Origin: a bacterium
GTDB taxonomy: Bacteria; Patescibacteriota; Saccharimonadia; Saccharimonadales; UBA4665
NCBI GenBank assembly: GCA_037139575.1
Contig: JBAXGD010000002.1
Coordinates: forward strand, 66 to 64,065
Direction: 5' to 3'
Length of the DNA stretch: 64,000 nt
Shown here: positions 7,346 to 17,879 of the stretch, piece after piece
Layout of the letters: every line of letters starts with the position of its first letter
Position numbering within the stretch: the first letter of the stretch is position 1
The notes under the pieces: model-generated
Databases searched by the model: none
Told to the model about the DNA's origin: nothing
Seen by the model: only the letters and a program-made list of their open reading frames with translations
Position numbers and translations under genes: made by a program

Positions 7346-8293
7346 ATGAAGCTTGTAATAATGATTCCCTGTTTGAACGAGGAGACCACCCTACCTTTGG
7401 TTATTAGTAAAATTCCTAGAAAAATTAAGGGCGTTGAAAGTATAGTCACCCTTATTATTGACGATGGCTCTACCGATAAAACCGTAGAAGTGGCGAAGAA
7501 TCTGGGAATTACAGAATTTATTTACCATGCAAAAAATAGAGGCTTAGCTCACTCTTTAAGGGATGGCATACAAAGATCACTTGAATTGGGCGCCGATATT
7601 CTAGTGCTAACGGACGGAGACAACCAGTATCCTCAAGAAAAAATTCCCGAACTAATTAAGCCAATATTAGATGGTCGAGCCGATACGGTTATAGGCGATA
7701 GAGGTGTTAATACGATTGATCACTTTAGTCCCATGAAGAAGTTTCTGCAGAAATTTGGGACTGGAGTTGTTAATTCACTAGCCGGCACCAATATTCCAGA
7801 CAGCACAAGTGGATTTAGAGCCTACACAAAAGAAGCGGCTATTAAGTTTAATCTTATAGGTAGGTTTAATTTTGCTGCTGAGACTACTATTCAGGCATCA
7901 CATAAAAAGCTAGCAATTGTAAGCATTCCAATAAAAACAAACCCTAAAACCCGCGAATCAAGACTTTTTAAATCATCATGGGAGCATGTTAGAAAAAGCG
8001 CAGTAGCTATGCTTAATAGCTTCACTATGTATAGGCCTCTAACTGTTTTTATGACAGTTGCTGGACTATTGTTTATCGGGGGTATGATTCCCTTCGGGCA
8101 CTACCTTTATTTGGTATTAACCACAAAAAATGCCTACGGGGCTCACCACATACAGTCGCTAATAATAGGCGCTGTATTAATTAATGCTTCATTCACTACT
8201 TTTGCGCTAGGAATTATTGCAAACCTTACTAGAATAAACCGTTCTTTAATTGAAGATGTTTTAGAAGTACAAAAAAGAGAGATATTTAAATAG
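7346..8293 (+). CDS. GT2 family glycosyltransferase (polyprenyl-phosphate mannose/glucose synthase-like) with C-terminal TM anchors
   Basis: IMIPCLNEE, DDGSTDKT, LTDGDNQYP (DxD) and SGFRAY motifs, with two C-terminal helices. Confidence 0.85.
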   Translation: MKLVIMIPCLNEETTLPLVISKIPRKIKGVESIVTLIIDDGSTDKTVEVAKNLGITEFIYHAKNRGLAHSLRDGIQRSLELGADILVLTDGDNQYPQEKIPELIKPILDGRADTVIGDRGVNTIDHFSPMKKFLQKFGTGVVNSLAGTNIPDSTSGFRAYTKEAAIKFNLIGRFNFAAETTIQASHKKLAIVSIPIKTNPKTRESRLFKSSWEHVRKSAVAMLNSFTMYRPLTVFMTVAGLLFIGGMIPFGHYLYLVLTTKNAYGAHHIQSLIIGAVLINASFTTFALGIIANLTRINRSLIEDVLEVQKREIFK

Positions 8294-8312
8294 AACTTGC
8301 TAATATATATCT

Positions 8313-8816
8313 ATGGAAACAAAAAAACATATCAAAAAGAATACTCCTAGTATTAGCGGTGATGTTTTTGAATGGAAAGCTCCTGAATTTGTTTATAGTA
8401 AGAAAACAACAAAATGGTATGCCTACCTAGTTCTGATAACCTTAGTCTTAATAGTTCTATATAGGCTCATATCCAAAGACATAGTAACTCCAATTCTCAT
8501 CATCCTAATGTCCTTTATCTTTGGATATTGTGGAACCAAGAAACCGCAAACAATAAAATATTCTGTTGGGCCCGAGGGGATTAGCGTCGGGAATAAAAAC
8601 TTTTCAATTGATTCCCTAAAATCATACTCAGTACAGGACTATAATAATTTGAGCGTAGTTATATTTGTGCCAGTAAAGAGGTTCGCTACTCTTATAACCC
8701 TATATTACAAACCTGAAGACGAGGACAAGGTTCTTGGATTTATCGAAACTGTAGTTCCCTTTGATGATCGAAAAGAAGACATTATAGATCGTTTCTCTCG
8801 CCACATTGGCTTTTAG
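8313..8816 (+). CDS. Hypothetical membrane protein (two TM helices plus small C-terminal domain)
   Basis: 167-aa ORF in the same operon direction as the glycosyltransferases. No motif recognised. Confidence 0.6.
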   Translation: METKKHIKKNTPSISGDVFEWKAPEFVYSKKTTKWYAYLVLITLVLIVLYRLISKDIVTPILIILMSFIFGYCGTKKPQTIKYSVGPEGISVGNKNFSIDSLKSYSVQDYNNLSVVIFVPVKRFATLITLYYKPEDEDKVLGFIETVVPFDDRKEDIIDRFSRHIGF

Positions 8817-8878
8817 TTTATTGCTCTGAATATAAAACTGATATACTTATGATTATAAAATAATCGCAGATTAATATT

Positions 8879-10378
8879 GTGAGCATCGATAACCAAAAAC
8901 AAACAAACATAGGCAGATGGATGACTAGTCAACTTGCTGCTCATCCCGATTCAGATATGTCCGTAGAAAACAGCAAAAGATCCAGTCATAAAAGTAGCCG
9001 AGTTCCCCATTCTGTAATTTACGGCAAGAATCTGCATAAGACTGGCATAATTGCATCATTGGCATTAGTTTTTGTGGTTTTTATAATATATTTCTTTGCT
9101 GCTCCGTATTTTGTGAGGTCTAGCATAGGAAACACAATAATTACCGGTAAGAAAAATAGTGTCGAATATCAGAAAATTATAAGCTCTACGGTTAACTCAT
9201 ATGGATTAAAGGTAGAGTATGCAAATAACAAAATTACTAGCTATAAACTTAGTGATCTAGGGATAGTTCCAAACTATACTCTAACCGAAAATAATCTTAA
9301 AAATATATCCACAAATATTAAGAATAGACTGGAAGTATGGAGAATTAATAAAACAAACATAGTTTTTAAAGTCGACGGCGCCAAATTGAGCGCATTTAAC
9401 TCGGCACACCTAACTCAGATTATTAATCCTCCAAAAAATGCCAACATAGCCCTCAGTAATGGCCAGGTAATACTTTCAGACAGTTCCGTGGGTAAAGAGT
9501 ATGGATTTACCGGTGGAATAAATGCTGTTTTATCAAGCGCCAAATTACTGGATCAAAAACCAATTATACTGAGCGTAATATCTGTAAATCCACCTATTTC
9601 CACTGAGCAACTAACCCCCCAGAAAAGTATCTTAACCGCGATGCTTTCACAGTCGGCATCGATTAGTATAAACGGCGAAATAATTACTCCCTCGGCTAAC
9701 GATATCGGCTCCTGGATAAATGTAGATGTTAATCCAAAAAACGGTAAAGTAAGTACGAGCGTAAACCAGGCCAATATTAACACTTATTTGGGAAGAATAG
9801 CCTATAAATACACCAAACCTACCAAAGATCAGCTAGTTCTGGCTGGTGCAGATGGCACAACTACTGTGATTCAGCCAGGACATGACGGAATAGGAATTTT
9901 GAACCAAGCTGCAGTTGCACAGTCTATTTCGGATCAAGTTCTTCAGGCTAAAGGAATATCGGCTACAATTTCTGTACACGTGACCCCTTATGGAACAATT
10001 ACTACCGACACCTATCCTAAATGGATTGAAGTCAATGTCGTAACTAAAAAAATGTATGTCTATGAGAATTCTAATCTCGTGAATTCGTTCCTTGTCAGTG
10101 CCGGAAAGTCATCTACGCCTACCCCACTCGGTATGTACAAAATATTTTCAAAATATGCCGTACAGACAATGATCGGAGCTGACTATGTACAACCCAATGT
10201 GCCTTGGATTAATTACTTTAAAGCCGGTGGCTATGCAATTCATGGCAACTACTGGCGACCTTCGGATTGGTTCGGTAACATAAATAGCTCACATGGGTGT
10301 GTTGGTTTGCAGGTTAGTGACGCTGAGTGGGTATATAATTGGGCCCCAATAGGGACCCCAATTATAATTCACGAATAG
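8879..10378 (+). CDS. L,D-transpeptidase (YkuD domain) with long N-terminal extracellular region
   Basis: N-terminal TM anchor. The C-terminus contains YVYENSNLVNSFLVSAGKSSTPTPLGMYKI...YAIHGNYW...SSHGCVGL, the catalytic His...(S/T)HGC motif. The GTG start at 8879 comes from the track; an ATG at 8921 is an alternative. Confidence 0.85.
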   Translation: MSIDNQKQTNIGRWMTSQLAAHPDSDMSVENSKRSSHKSSRVPHSVIYGKNLHKTGIIASLALVFVVFIIYFFAAPYFVRSSIGNTIITGKKNSVEYQKIISSTVNSYGLKVEYANNKITSYKLSDLGIVPNYTLTENNLKNISTNIKNRLEVWRINKTNIVFKVDGAKLSAFNSAHLTQIINPPKNANIALSNGQVILSDSSVGKEYGFTGGINAVLSSAKLLDQKPIILSVISVNPPISTEQLTPQKSILTAMLSQSASISINGEIITPSANDIGSWINVDVNPKNGKVSTSVNQANINTYLGRIAYKYTKPTKDQLVLAGADGTTTVIQPGHDGIGILNQAAVAQSISDQVLQAKGISATISVHVTPYGTITTDTYPKWIEVNVVTKKMYVYENSNLVNSFLVSAGKSSTPTPLGMYKIFSKYAVQTMIGADYVQPNVPWINYFKAGGYAIHGNYWRPSDWFGNINSSHGCVGLQVSDAEWVYNWAPIGTPIIIHE

Positions 10379-10385
10379 TTTATTC

Positions 10386-10787
10386 CTAGGAATTAATTTT
10401 TCTAGCACCTGGTACTAGAATTGAATATAAGATAATTGTATCCAATATTAGGACGATAATTGACCAAATTGGATAAATTGGCAATGAAGTAATGCTGGCT
10501 AGCATACTTCCGACCAAGACCACGCTGGCGAAGAATCTACCCCAAATGTCACCATGCGCTAAGGAAACAGCTGCGGAAATAATTATTATTCCTGTTATTA
10601 CGTTAATCCAACCCCATTTAGTATAGTTGAATAGCCAAACATCAGCTGAAGACTGAACAAACAATGTGTGTCTTCCTAAATCTGCTATACCCTCAATCAC
10701 ATGAAAGAATCCTGCGAAAAGCAATAAAAAGCTCGCAAAGCCTACCCATCCAGACCATCCGCTCACAGTATTAAGTTTAGTTGCCAT
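10386..10787 (-). CDS. Small integral membrane protein (4 TM)
   Basis: 133-aa hydrophobic ORF with Trp-rich loops (SGWSGWVGF, KWGWINV). No function assignable. Confidence 0.6.
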   Translation of the reverse strand: MATKLNTVSGWSGWVGFASFLLLFAGFFHVIEGIADLGRHTLFVQSSADVWLFNYTKWGWINVITGIIIISAAVSLAHGDIWGRFFASVVLVGSMLASITSLPIYPIWSIIVLILDTIILYSILVPGARKINS

Positions 10788-10889
10788 AATTATTGCTCCT
10801 TTGTTAGTAGTTATATTCTAGACCCCAAATTCAATCCAAGCAAACTGACAGTTATTGGAAAAACCTCGACTATATTATATAGTATATAA

Positions 10890-11237
10890 ATGAAAGAAAT
10901 TCCTAGCACCGAAATTATCCATGAACTAAGAATTGGTGAATGTTTCGAAGGATACATCATTGGCATATCTCCACCCGTAAGCAAAAAAATACAAACCTCA
11001 ATATCTAAGTTTATATTGAGAGCGATTGAAGATGAGCCAAATCAAGGTGTCGAGGATTCAGCAGTTTTTGGCGAAAGAAGATACCATCAGTGGCTACTAA
11101 AGGGAATTACTGGAAAATTAGCATTAAAGACTGCTCACCAGCTGAAATATAACAACGAGGTGGCTGACATAAAAATACTGCCCTCGGATTACAGAATTTA
11201 TCGAGATAACCGCTACCCCCTATTTGATCAAGAATAG
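10890..11237 (+). CDS. Hypothetical protein
   Basis: 115-aa ORF with no recognisable motif. Confidence 0.5.
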   Translation: MKEIPSTEIIHELRIGECFEGYIIGISPPVSKKIQTSISKFILRAIEDEPNQGVEDSAVFGERRYHQWLLKGITGKLALKTAHQLKYNNEVADIKILPSDYRIYRDNRYPLFDQE

Positions 11238-11238
11238 C

Positions 11239-12717
11239 TTATTGCAAAGAAGCTGTTAACCTTGCAATGTTATCTAGTAGTATTTTGCGCCTAGACCTCT
11301 TGCTCCAACTTTCCAAGCTAATTTGTTTGGAATTTTCTAAATAACTTCTGGACAGATTTTCAAGTTTTTCCGCAATATCTTTATTGTAAATAATTACGGT
11401 TATTTCTAGATCAAGTTCGAATGACCTTATGTCTAAATTGCTTGACCCGACAGTGACTATTTCACTATCGATTACTATAAACTTGGAATGTAGCAGAACT
11501 GGCTTGTTGTATGTAAAAATTTTAACCCCAGCTTTTAGGAGTATTTCGTAAAATGATCTTTGAGCATGCGCTACCAGCCATTGATCTTCAGCTTCGGAAT
11601 TTATTAAAATTATTTCGACACCTCTTTTTGCTGCACTAGTTATCGCCAGTAGTAGCGAATCATCAGGGACAAAATAAGGATTAACTAAAATTACCCTTTC
11701 TTTTGATGCATGAATGAGCGAAGTAAATAATTTGAGGTTATTCTCATCTTCATAACCTGGACCGCTTGGCAATATTTGAGCAATAGTCTTGCCTGGAAAT
11801 TTTATCTCTCTTTCTTGGTTTGTATACTTTTTGTAGTCGAGTAACTTGTTCGTCTCCGAAAACCAATCAGTTAGAAAAATAGCCCCCAGTTGCAAGACGG
11901 CTGGACCTTCTATTTTGACGACCAATTCATCGTAATATATGTCATCTTTACGGTGATAATTTCTCTGAACCAAATTCTGAGATCCCGAATAACCAACCTT
12001 TCCATCGATCACGACTATTTTTCGGTGATTTCTAAGATCTGGCCTAACATATCCCCTGCCCGGAAACTTTAATGGGAGCATTGGAACCGCTATTACTCCA
12101 GATGTATTCAATCTTTTCATCATTGAGCGGTAATTTGCATATTTTTTAGTCGAAAAGCTGTCAAAAAGTACTTTAACTTGAACTCCTCGATTTATTGCGG
12201 ATTCTAAAGCTTGAAAAATCGGTTCAGTAGAACCATCCATAGCTATTATGAAATATTCTAGATGAACAAATTCTTTCGCAAGATTTATATCGGCAGTAAT
12301 CGATTTAATTATAGAATCATAGTCATCGATTATTTGAATATTATTCCCGCCAAACGGAGGAAGATGGCTTAAGGATTCACTTAATTTAGCTATTTGTTCG
12401 AATTTTTCTGGAACATTCTTAATAATTTCGCCATCTTTCTGATGACCCTTCATTCCCAGAATAGTTTTCTCAATTACGTTATTTAGTGTTTTTTGGGCAT
12501 CTCTTCTAGATTTAGGTAGCTTAGGATTGCCAAGTATTAAAAAAAGCAAAAAACCAAAAGGAGGAAAAAAGAATATCAAAAGTAACCATGCCATACCTGA
12601 TGATGGTTTCCTATTTTTTGGAACAACATAAAGTGAAAGCAATCGAATTATCCATTCGCCTAGCAGCCACCAAGATCCTAAAAACTCTAAATTACTTAAA
12701 GATAATGCTGAATGCAC
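11239..12717 (-). CDS. cls: Cardiolipin synthase (phospholipase D superfamily)
   Basis: Two N-terminal TM helices and two HKD motifs: NHRKIVVIDGKVGYSGSQNL and LHSKFIVIDSEIVTVGSSNLDIRS. Confidence 0.9.
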   Translation of the reverse strand: MHSALSLSNLEFLGSWWLLGEWIIRLLSLYVVPKNRKPSSGMAWLLLIFFFPPFGFLLFLILGNPKLPKSRRDAQKTLNNVIEKTILGMKGHQKDGEIIKNVPEKFEQIAKLSESLSHLPPFGGNNIQIIDDYDSIIKSITADINLAKEFVHLEYFIIAMDGSTEPIFQALESAINRGVQVKVLFDSFSTKKYANYRSMMKRLNTSGVIAVPMLPLKFPGRGYVRPDLRNHRKIVVIDGKVGYSGSQNLVQRNYHRKDDIYYDELVVKIEGPAVLQLGAIFLTDWFSETNKLLDYKKYTNQEREIKFPGKTIAQILPSGPGYEDENNLKLFTSLIHASKERVILVNPYFVPDDSLLLAITSAAKRGVEIILINSEAEDQWLVAHAQRSFYEILLKAGVKIFTYNKPVLLHSKFIVIDSEIVTVGSSNLDIRSFELDLEITVIIYNKDIAEKLENLSRSYLENSKQISLESWSKRSRRKILLDNIARLTASLQ

Positions 12718-12769
12718 AATTATATCCCCTATTTATTCGGTTTAGGCTCAAGAGGTAATTGTATATTAT

Positions 12770-13321
12770 TTATCTATTATTATGAAGCTCAATAAGAGTT
12801 CTGGCTAAGACTATGCTCGCTGCAGAAGTGTTTCTTTGGAAATAGCCTATTGTCTCTGTAACCTCAGGATCATGATATGTTTCGCCTAGTGTGCTCGCAA
12901 AAGTAATCGCTGCCGCCTTAGTAGCAAACTTTAGTTTTGAAATATTTCTTCCATCGGATGATTCTGTTTTTGCCTTATTCCATGAGTAAGTCAATTTTTG
13001 AAATGAGTGTATTGGCTGAACTATCTTCAAACGATGTTCGAATTCCTCACCTGATTCATCTTTAAAACGAACAGTATCAGACTCTTTAGTAGGAGCAATA
13101 TCACTAGCCATGAAAATCATGGCCTTGAATTTATCCATAGTATCATCGCTAAGGGCATTAAAATGCTCAATAGATAATCTGTCGACAATAACTGCTAGAT
13201 TTCGAACCAATAATTCTGATGAGCTGTGAACATATATGTCAGGCTCGGAGGCAATTTCATCTCCAATCCTTACGTTTGCGTCCATTAGCTCTTGAACGTC
13301 GCTTTTATAAGTCCCATGCAT
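12770..13321 (-). CDS. Hypothetical protein
   Basis: 183-aa ORF with no recognisable motif. Confidence 0.55.
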   Translation of the reverse strand: MHGTYKSDVQELMDANVRIGDEIASEPDIYVHSSSELLVRNLAVIVDRLSIEHFNALSDDTMDKFKAMIFMASDIAPTKESDTVRFKDESGEEFEHRLKIVQPIHSFQKLTYSWNKAKTESSDGRNISKLKFATKAAAITFASTLGETYHDPEVTETIGYFQRNTSAASIVLARTLIELHNNR

Positions 13322-13520
13322 AATAGTATTATATAATAATCATAGAGATAAGTAAATAGCTATTAGTGATTAAGATTTATAAAGGTCCAGTTCAAGGAAT
13401 GGGAGTCCAAGTTTTTTTGGTATTTACTCGAATTTCTATTTTTAAGGATAATTATCTTAATATCATAAACCCAATAAACGGTTAAAAATATATGGTGCAG
13501 CATTATGGCTGAGGTTAGAA

Positions 13521-14171
13521 CTATATTTCTATTGTTTCATAATTCTGAAGTGGTATAAAAGTAACACCAAACTTCTCCATTACTTCAGGCAGCTTAGCGT
13601 ATATAGCACCTCGAGCTTCTTCATTCCAATGCCAGTCATGCAATGGAACAACGGTTTTTGGGCGGTCAGACATAGCTTCAATCATTTTCGTAAAGCCTAC
13701 AACTGCGCCCCACGGACCACCATTGACGGCAGCGGCAAGTATTCGCGCTCCATTTGAGCTATTCAAAGTCTGGCAGTCGCCACTGACAAGTATCTCATCA
13801 AAAATAACATAGCTAGTGTGTAGTGGCTGGTTATCAAACCATGGTGAAAGATCAGCGTGTTTTGACTCGATAAATCTTATGTTTTGATCGTCACTGCTAG
13901 TCCGGCCGCTAATATTAATATCTTTTAAGCTATCTGCAGTTTCCTGAGTACCATACCACACTGCCCTCGGCGAGGCTTGTTTTACCGCATTGGCAAAATC
14001 AACACTGAAATGGTCAGGATGATTATGGGTCACCACGACCGCAGAAATTCCAGAAAGTTCAAAGTGTTTTACTTTTTCATCTTGCCAGCTGTACACCCCG
14101 GGATCAACAAGTATTTTTGTGCCGTCTTTCTCCACGAGTAAGCATGAATGGACTAATTTAGTTAATTTCAT
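13521..14171 (-). CDS. MBL-fold metallo-hydrolase
   Basis: VVVTHNHPDHF (HxHxDH) motif near the N-terminus, with later His/Asp residues (SKHAD, PLHDWH). Confidence 0.8.
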   Translation of the reverse strand: MKLTKLVHSCLLVEKDGTKILVDPGVYSWQDEKVKHFELSGISAVVVTHNHPDHFSVDFANAVKQASPRAVWYGTQETADSLKDINISGRTSSDDQNIRFIESKHADLSPWFDNQPLHTSYVIFDEILVSGDCQTLNSSNGARILAAAVNGGPWGAVVGFTKMIEAMSDRPKTVVPLHDWHWNEEARGAIYAKLPEVMEKFGVTFIPLQNYETIEI

Positions 14172-14229
14172 ACTTTAATAATACCAAACAAAAAACACTT
14201 CTGTCGAAGTGCTTTAAGTATAAGCTATT

Positions 14230-14306
<77 letters not shown>

Positions 14307-14377
14307 GCTAAGAAGTAATGCTAGCATATTTCACCCTAGTTATCCAGAGTACTTCCCTGCTACAATGTCATATTAAT

Positions 14378-14467
14378 GGAGAGGTGGCCGAGTGGTTGAA
14401 GGCGCTGCTCTCGAAAAGCAGTATATCGGAAACGGTATCGAGGGTTCGAATCCCTCCCTCTCCGCCA
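14378..14467 (+). tRNA. tRNA-Ser (anticodon CGA), long variable arm, CCA encoded
   Basis: Acceptor GGAGAGG/CCTCTCC, anticodon arm CTGCT-CTCGAAA-AGCAG, long extra arm, T arm GAGGG-TTCGAAT-CCCTC, G plus CCA. Confidence 0.85.
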
Positions 14468-14535
14468 ATTATATAAATATAAAAATACTATTTTTAGCTG
14501 ATATAATGCTAATGTAATATTCAAAAATAAAAATT

Positions 14536-17500
14536 ATGAGCAAAGAAGCAATTCCTCAACTATCAAGCGAATCCAAAGAACTTATTTCTTCATTGCCTCC
14601 CAATCTTCGAGCCACGTCGGAAGAAAGAATTTTGGCATTATCGCATACTGCCCTACATTCCAATGATATTTTAGTTGGTACCACGCCTATACCTCAAGAA
14701 AAGCTCTCTGAAGAACATTTGCCCCATATAGATAGAGTCACCGGTATCATGAAATCTTCTTCAGAAATTCTTGGAGTTGCATATGGTGAAATCGATGATG
14801 ATGGCGCTAGCTTTGAAGACCTGGCAGACAAAGCAATAGAAATTGCTATCAGAAGTGCCAAGGAAGCCAAAGAAAGTCAAGATGATGAATCGAGCGTGGT
14901 TTTTCTGGAATCACTTTTAGCAATAACCACTCTCAAGGAAAAAACGAGTAATGAATACTCTAAAAAATTAGCTAGAGAAATAATATCTCAAGGCCTATCT
15001 ACAGAACTTATTAAGGCTACACACAACTCTTTCGGGATTGTTGCGAATAATGATGGCAAGCTTACTCCGCTGAATTCGGTTGCGCAGACTAGCACAGATC
15101 TTTTAAGGGCAACTTCGCCCTTTGATTTCAATTATGATTTTTCTGAAATCGAAACTAAAGAGCCAGACACTGATCTTAGCAAGCTTGGCTGTGGAGACCT
15201 AACTGTTTTGGCTAGATTAGCCGACAAAAATCCGTCCTTAAGTCTTGTAAGTAAAGATGTCATGGTTTTAGCTGTTCGTAAAATGAAAATTGAACGAGAA
15301 GTTGATCTTGACGATTTTACGACAGCACTGATAGCTGCTGATGAAATTATTGGAAAAAGCGACGAACTAGAATCTTCATTGTCTTCACTTAGGGCTAGAC
15401 GCAAATCAGGAAATGCGAATTATAGAAACAATGATCCAGACACTTTCAGATTAGATTCAGTATTATTTATTCTAGTCCAGCAAGGCCATGATTACCTTGC
15501 GAGAGGGCTATTATCATCATCGCCAAATGAAGCGGATAATTTCGAATCATATGTCAATTCGCATGGAATTAGCGATGAGTATACGACCGAAACATTGAGA
15601 AAAATCGCCGATATGAGAAACGAAAAAGAACTAGAACTGGTCGCTTCTATGAAAAATAATGCAGCAAACGATGAAACCATTGCATGGATCATAGGATCCG
15701 CCTACGATCCAGATTCAGCAGCGGGAATAAAGGCTAATTTTTGGGCTCAGCTAGAGAAAAATTCTTCATTACGCGAAGTATTGCTTTCGGACAGTAATAA
15801 TTTGCTAGAAACTTCAGAAGCTTTGACCAAGATGAATGATTTAGGCTTAGAAAAATATAGTCATATTCTCATATCTATTGTCAATAATATAGGTGATGAA
15901 GAAATTCAAAATAAATTCCTAACTTCTTTTAAGGAAGCAGAAGCAATGCTATCCAAAATCAATGAAAACGGTGCCATTAACTCAAATATGGATAGTATAT
16001 TAGGACGGCTTGCTTCCTTTGAGGATCCGGTTATGGCAATTCGAGCCGCCAAGGACTTATTTGGTGAAGATGAATATTTGAAAAATATATATAACCTACA
16101 GTCTCTTGTGCATCCAGACTATTTAGCATATGCAGAAATTATAGCCTTTAGCCAGAACAATATAGATGCCTTGATTAATGTCAGGAATTATATTTCAGAA
16201 ACAGGTCTCGATCCAAGTTTTTTGAGTTTTACTGCAAAGACTATTTCAAAATCAGACGATCCCATTGCTCGTTCTAAAATTATCATCAGCTCACTTGAAA
16301 TTGCGAAATCAGTCTTTCAAGAGGATCAAAACATTATTTACCAGATAATCGATAAAGAAAATCTATTTGAAATTAGTAAGGCACTATCGGAGATTAATGC
16401 TGCGATAATATCCACTAACGAGTCACTTAGACAAAGCCTAAATAGGAAGATCTTTGATTCGTTGGAGCCTGAAAAAACTGCACAATTAATGATTAAAACT
16501 CAGAATGAAATTATTGGACAGAACATAACTCTAGATGAGATGAAAGATAAAGATTTTTTTGATGCAATGATTGTTGTAGCTAATGCTGATGACCCCAAAG
16601 AAGTTGTAAAATTTTGCAGTAATTGGAAAGTAAAGAAAGAGGGTGAAGTTGCATATGGAAAATTTTGGAGTACTGCGGCAGAAGGTGGTTTAGAAAAACT
16701 CGACCCATTATTGCTTCCATCGCTTAAAGACTATCCCGAGTTGAGCGCACGCTTAAATGCAATTGGAATCTCTCCAGAATTAGCCGAAGATATATTCAAT
16801 TCTTGGAATACTAAATCTGAACTAAATAGGTTGCTCTACAATGACGACAGAACTATCTCAGAAACGAAGCCCGAAGACATTCAGTACGCCCTACCAATGC
16901 AAGCAGAGAGATTAATACCACAAATAGAGGCACTAGAAAAACATATCTCCGAATATGGCTTTGAGGAAACAAAGAAAATTATCGACATTTTTGGCATATA
17001 TCATTTTTCGAGATATCCAGACGGCATTCTTCACAAACAACTAAGACAATGGGAAAACTCAGAAGCTCCTATTAAGAACATCGTAGTTACGGCCAAGTCT
17101 GACTGGAATGGGGCTCTAGATAGCGCAGGGAAAACTTATGTGAATGGTATAGAGGAAGACGGACTTTTTTATTTTGAAGTAAATGATAAAATTCAGCTGG
17201 CTAAGGTTGCAGTAAGCGTTGGCAATAGAGAGCGTTCTATGGGTCGAAATCCAGAACAAGAAAGCCAATTAAAAAACTTTAAAATTAATGCTCATGCAAG
17301 CCCTAGCGGAATATTATTTGGGGTAAATGGGGAAAGGTTGAGTGTAGAGGATTATCTCGGAGAGCCTTTAAGTGGCTCGAAAGCCAATACCTATAAGAAG
17401 CACTTAGGGAGTAACTATAGAGTTATTCTAGAGGCTTGTTCGACTGCTGGTGAGGTTAAGGACGGCAAAAATATTGCTGAATCAATTAGTGATGGTCATG

Positions 17501-17610
17501 AAGTTAGAGTAGATGGAACTAGCGAATCAAGTTATGGCGCAATAATAATTGATCCTGATGGAAATGTTAGGTTTAATGGTGGTAAAGTTAGGGCTATTGT
17601 CTACGAATAA
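14536..17610 (+). CDS. Large (1024 aa) acidic, mostly helical protein of unknown function with a C-terminal caspase/CHAT-like (clan CD-like) His-Cys module
   Basis: Uninterrupted 3-kb ORF with no signal peptide. The last ~200 aa alternate predicted strands and loops: NIVVTAKSDWNGA ... FKINAHASPSGILF (His920, codon 17293-17295) ... YRVILEACSTAGE (Cys968, codon 17437-17439). The His-to-Cys spacing is 48 residues. Confidence 0.8.
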   Translation: MSKEAIPQLSSESKELISSLPPNLRATSEERILALSHTALHSNDILVGTTPIPQEKLSEEHLPHIDRVTGIMKSSSEILGVAYGEIDDDGASFEDLADKAIEIAIRSAKEAKESQDDESSVVFLESLLAITTLKEKTSNEYSKKLAREIISQGLSTELIKATHNSFGIVANNDGKLTPLNSVAQTSTDLLRATSPFDFNYDFSEIETKEPDTDLSKLGCGDLTVLARLADKNPSLSLVSKDVMVLAVRKMKIEREVDLDDFTTALIAADEIIGKSDELESSLSSLRARRKSGNANYRNNDPDTFRLDSVLFILVQQGHDYLARGLLSSSPNEADNFESYVNSHGISDEYTTETLRKIADMRNEKELELVASMKNNAANDETIAWIIGSAYDPDSAAGIKANFWAQLEKNSSLREVLLSDSNNLLETSEALTKMNDLGLEKYSHILISIVNNIGDEEIQNKFLTSFKEAEAMLSKINENGAINSNMDSILGRLASFEDPVMAIRAAKDLFGEDEYLKNIYNLQSLVHPDYLAYAEIIAFSQNNIDALINVRNYISETGLDPSFLSFTAKTISKSDDPIARSKIIISSLEIAKSVFQEDQNIIYQIIDKENLFEISKALSEINAAIISTNESLRQSLNRKIFDSLEPEKTAQLMIKTQNEIIGQNITLDEMKDKDFFDAMIVVANADDPKEVVKFCSNWKVKKEGEVAYGKFWSTAAEGGLEKLDPLLLPSLKDYPELSARLNAIGISPELAEDIFNSWNTKSELNRLLYNDDRTISETKPEDIQYALPMQAERLIPQIEALEKHISEYGFEETKKIIDIFGIYHFSRYPDGILHKQLRQWENSEAPIKNIVVTAKSDWNGALDSAGKTYVNGIEEDGLFYFEVNDKIQLAKVAVSVGNRERSMGRNPEQESQLKNFKINAHASPSGILFGVNGERLSVEDYLGEPLSGSKANTYKKHLGSNYRVILEACSTAGEVKDGKNIAESISDGHEVRVDGTSESSYGAIIIDPDGNVRFNGGKVRAIVYE

Positions 17611-17661
17611 ACCAAAACTTCATTACTCCCCTTTGTTTATTATTGATGTTAATATATCGAT

Positions 17662-17838
17662 ATGTCAGATTTCGTAATTTCACTCATGTTTTCAATAGGT
17701 GCTGGGGCTTGGATATATAACAAGGCCATGAAGAGTACAGGTAGCCAGGTTAAGCCGAGCCTTATGGTGTCGGGCAGTGCCGGACTTTTAATTTTCATCG
17801 TCCTCTTCTATTTGCTTTCGGCTATTTTGAAAAAATAA
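17662..17838 (+). CDS. Small two-helix membrane protein (58 aa; below the ORF-track cutoff)
   Basis: ATG 17662 to TAA 17836-17838 reads MSDFVISLMFSIGAGAWIYNKAMKSTGSQVKPSLMVSGSAGLLIFIVLFYLLSAILKK. It has two hydrophobic segments and fills the gap between the 1024-aa gene and the XRE-HAD gene. Confidence 0.4.
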   Translation: MSDFVISLMFSIGAGAWIYNKAMKSTGSQVKPSLMVSGSAGLLIFIVLFYLLSAILKK

Positions 17839-17879
17839 ATCAAGCATTTCTTTATTTCTTTAATCCTAACTGGTAACAT

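Noticed and set aside
13322-13520. 199-nt intergenic gap inspected for a small RNA, riboswitch or att-like site.
   Set aside because: It is AT-rich, with no convincing stems, repeats or conserved-looking motifs.
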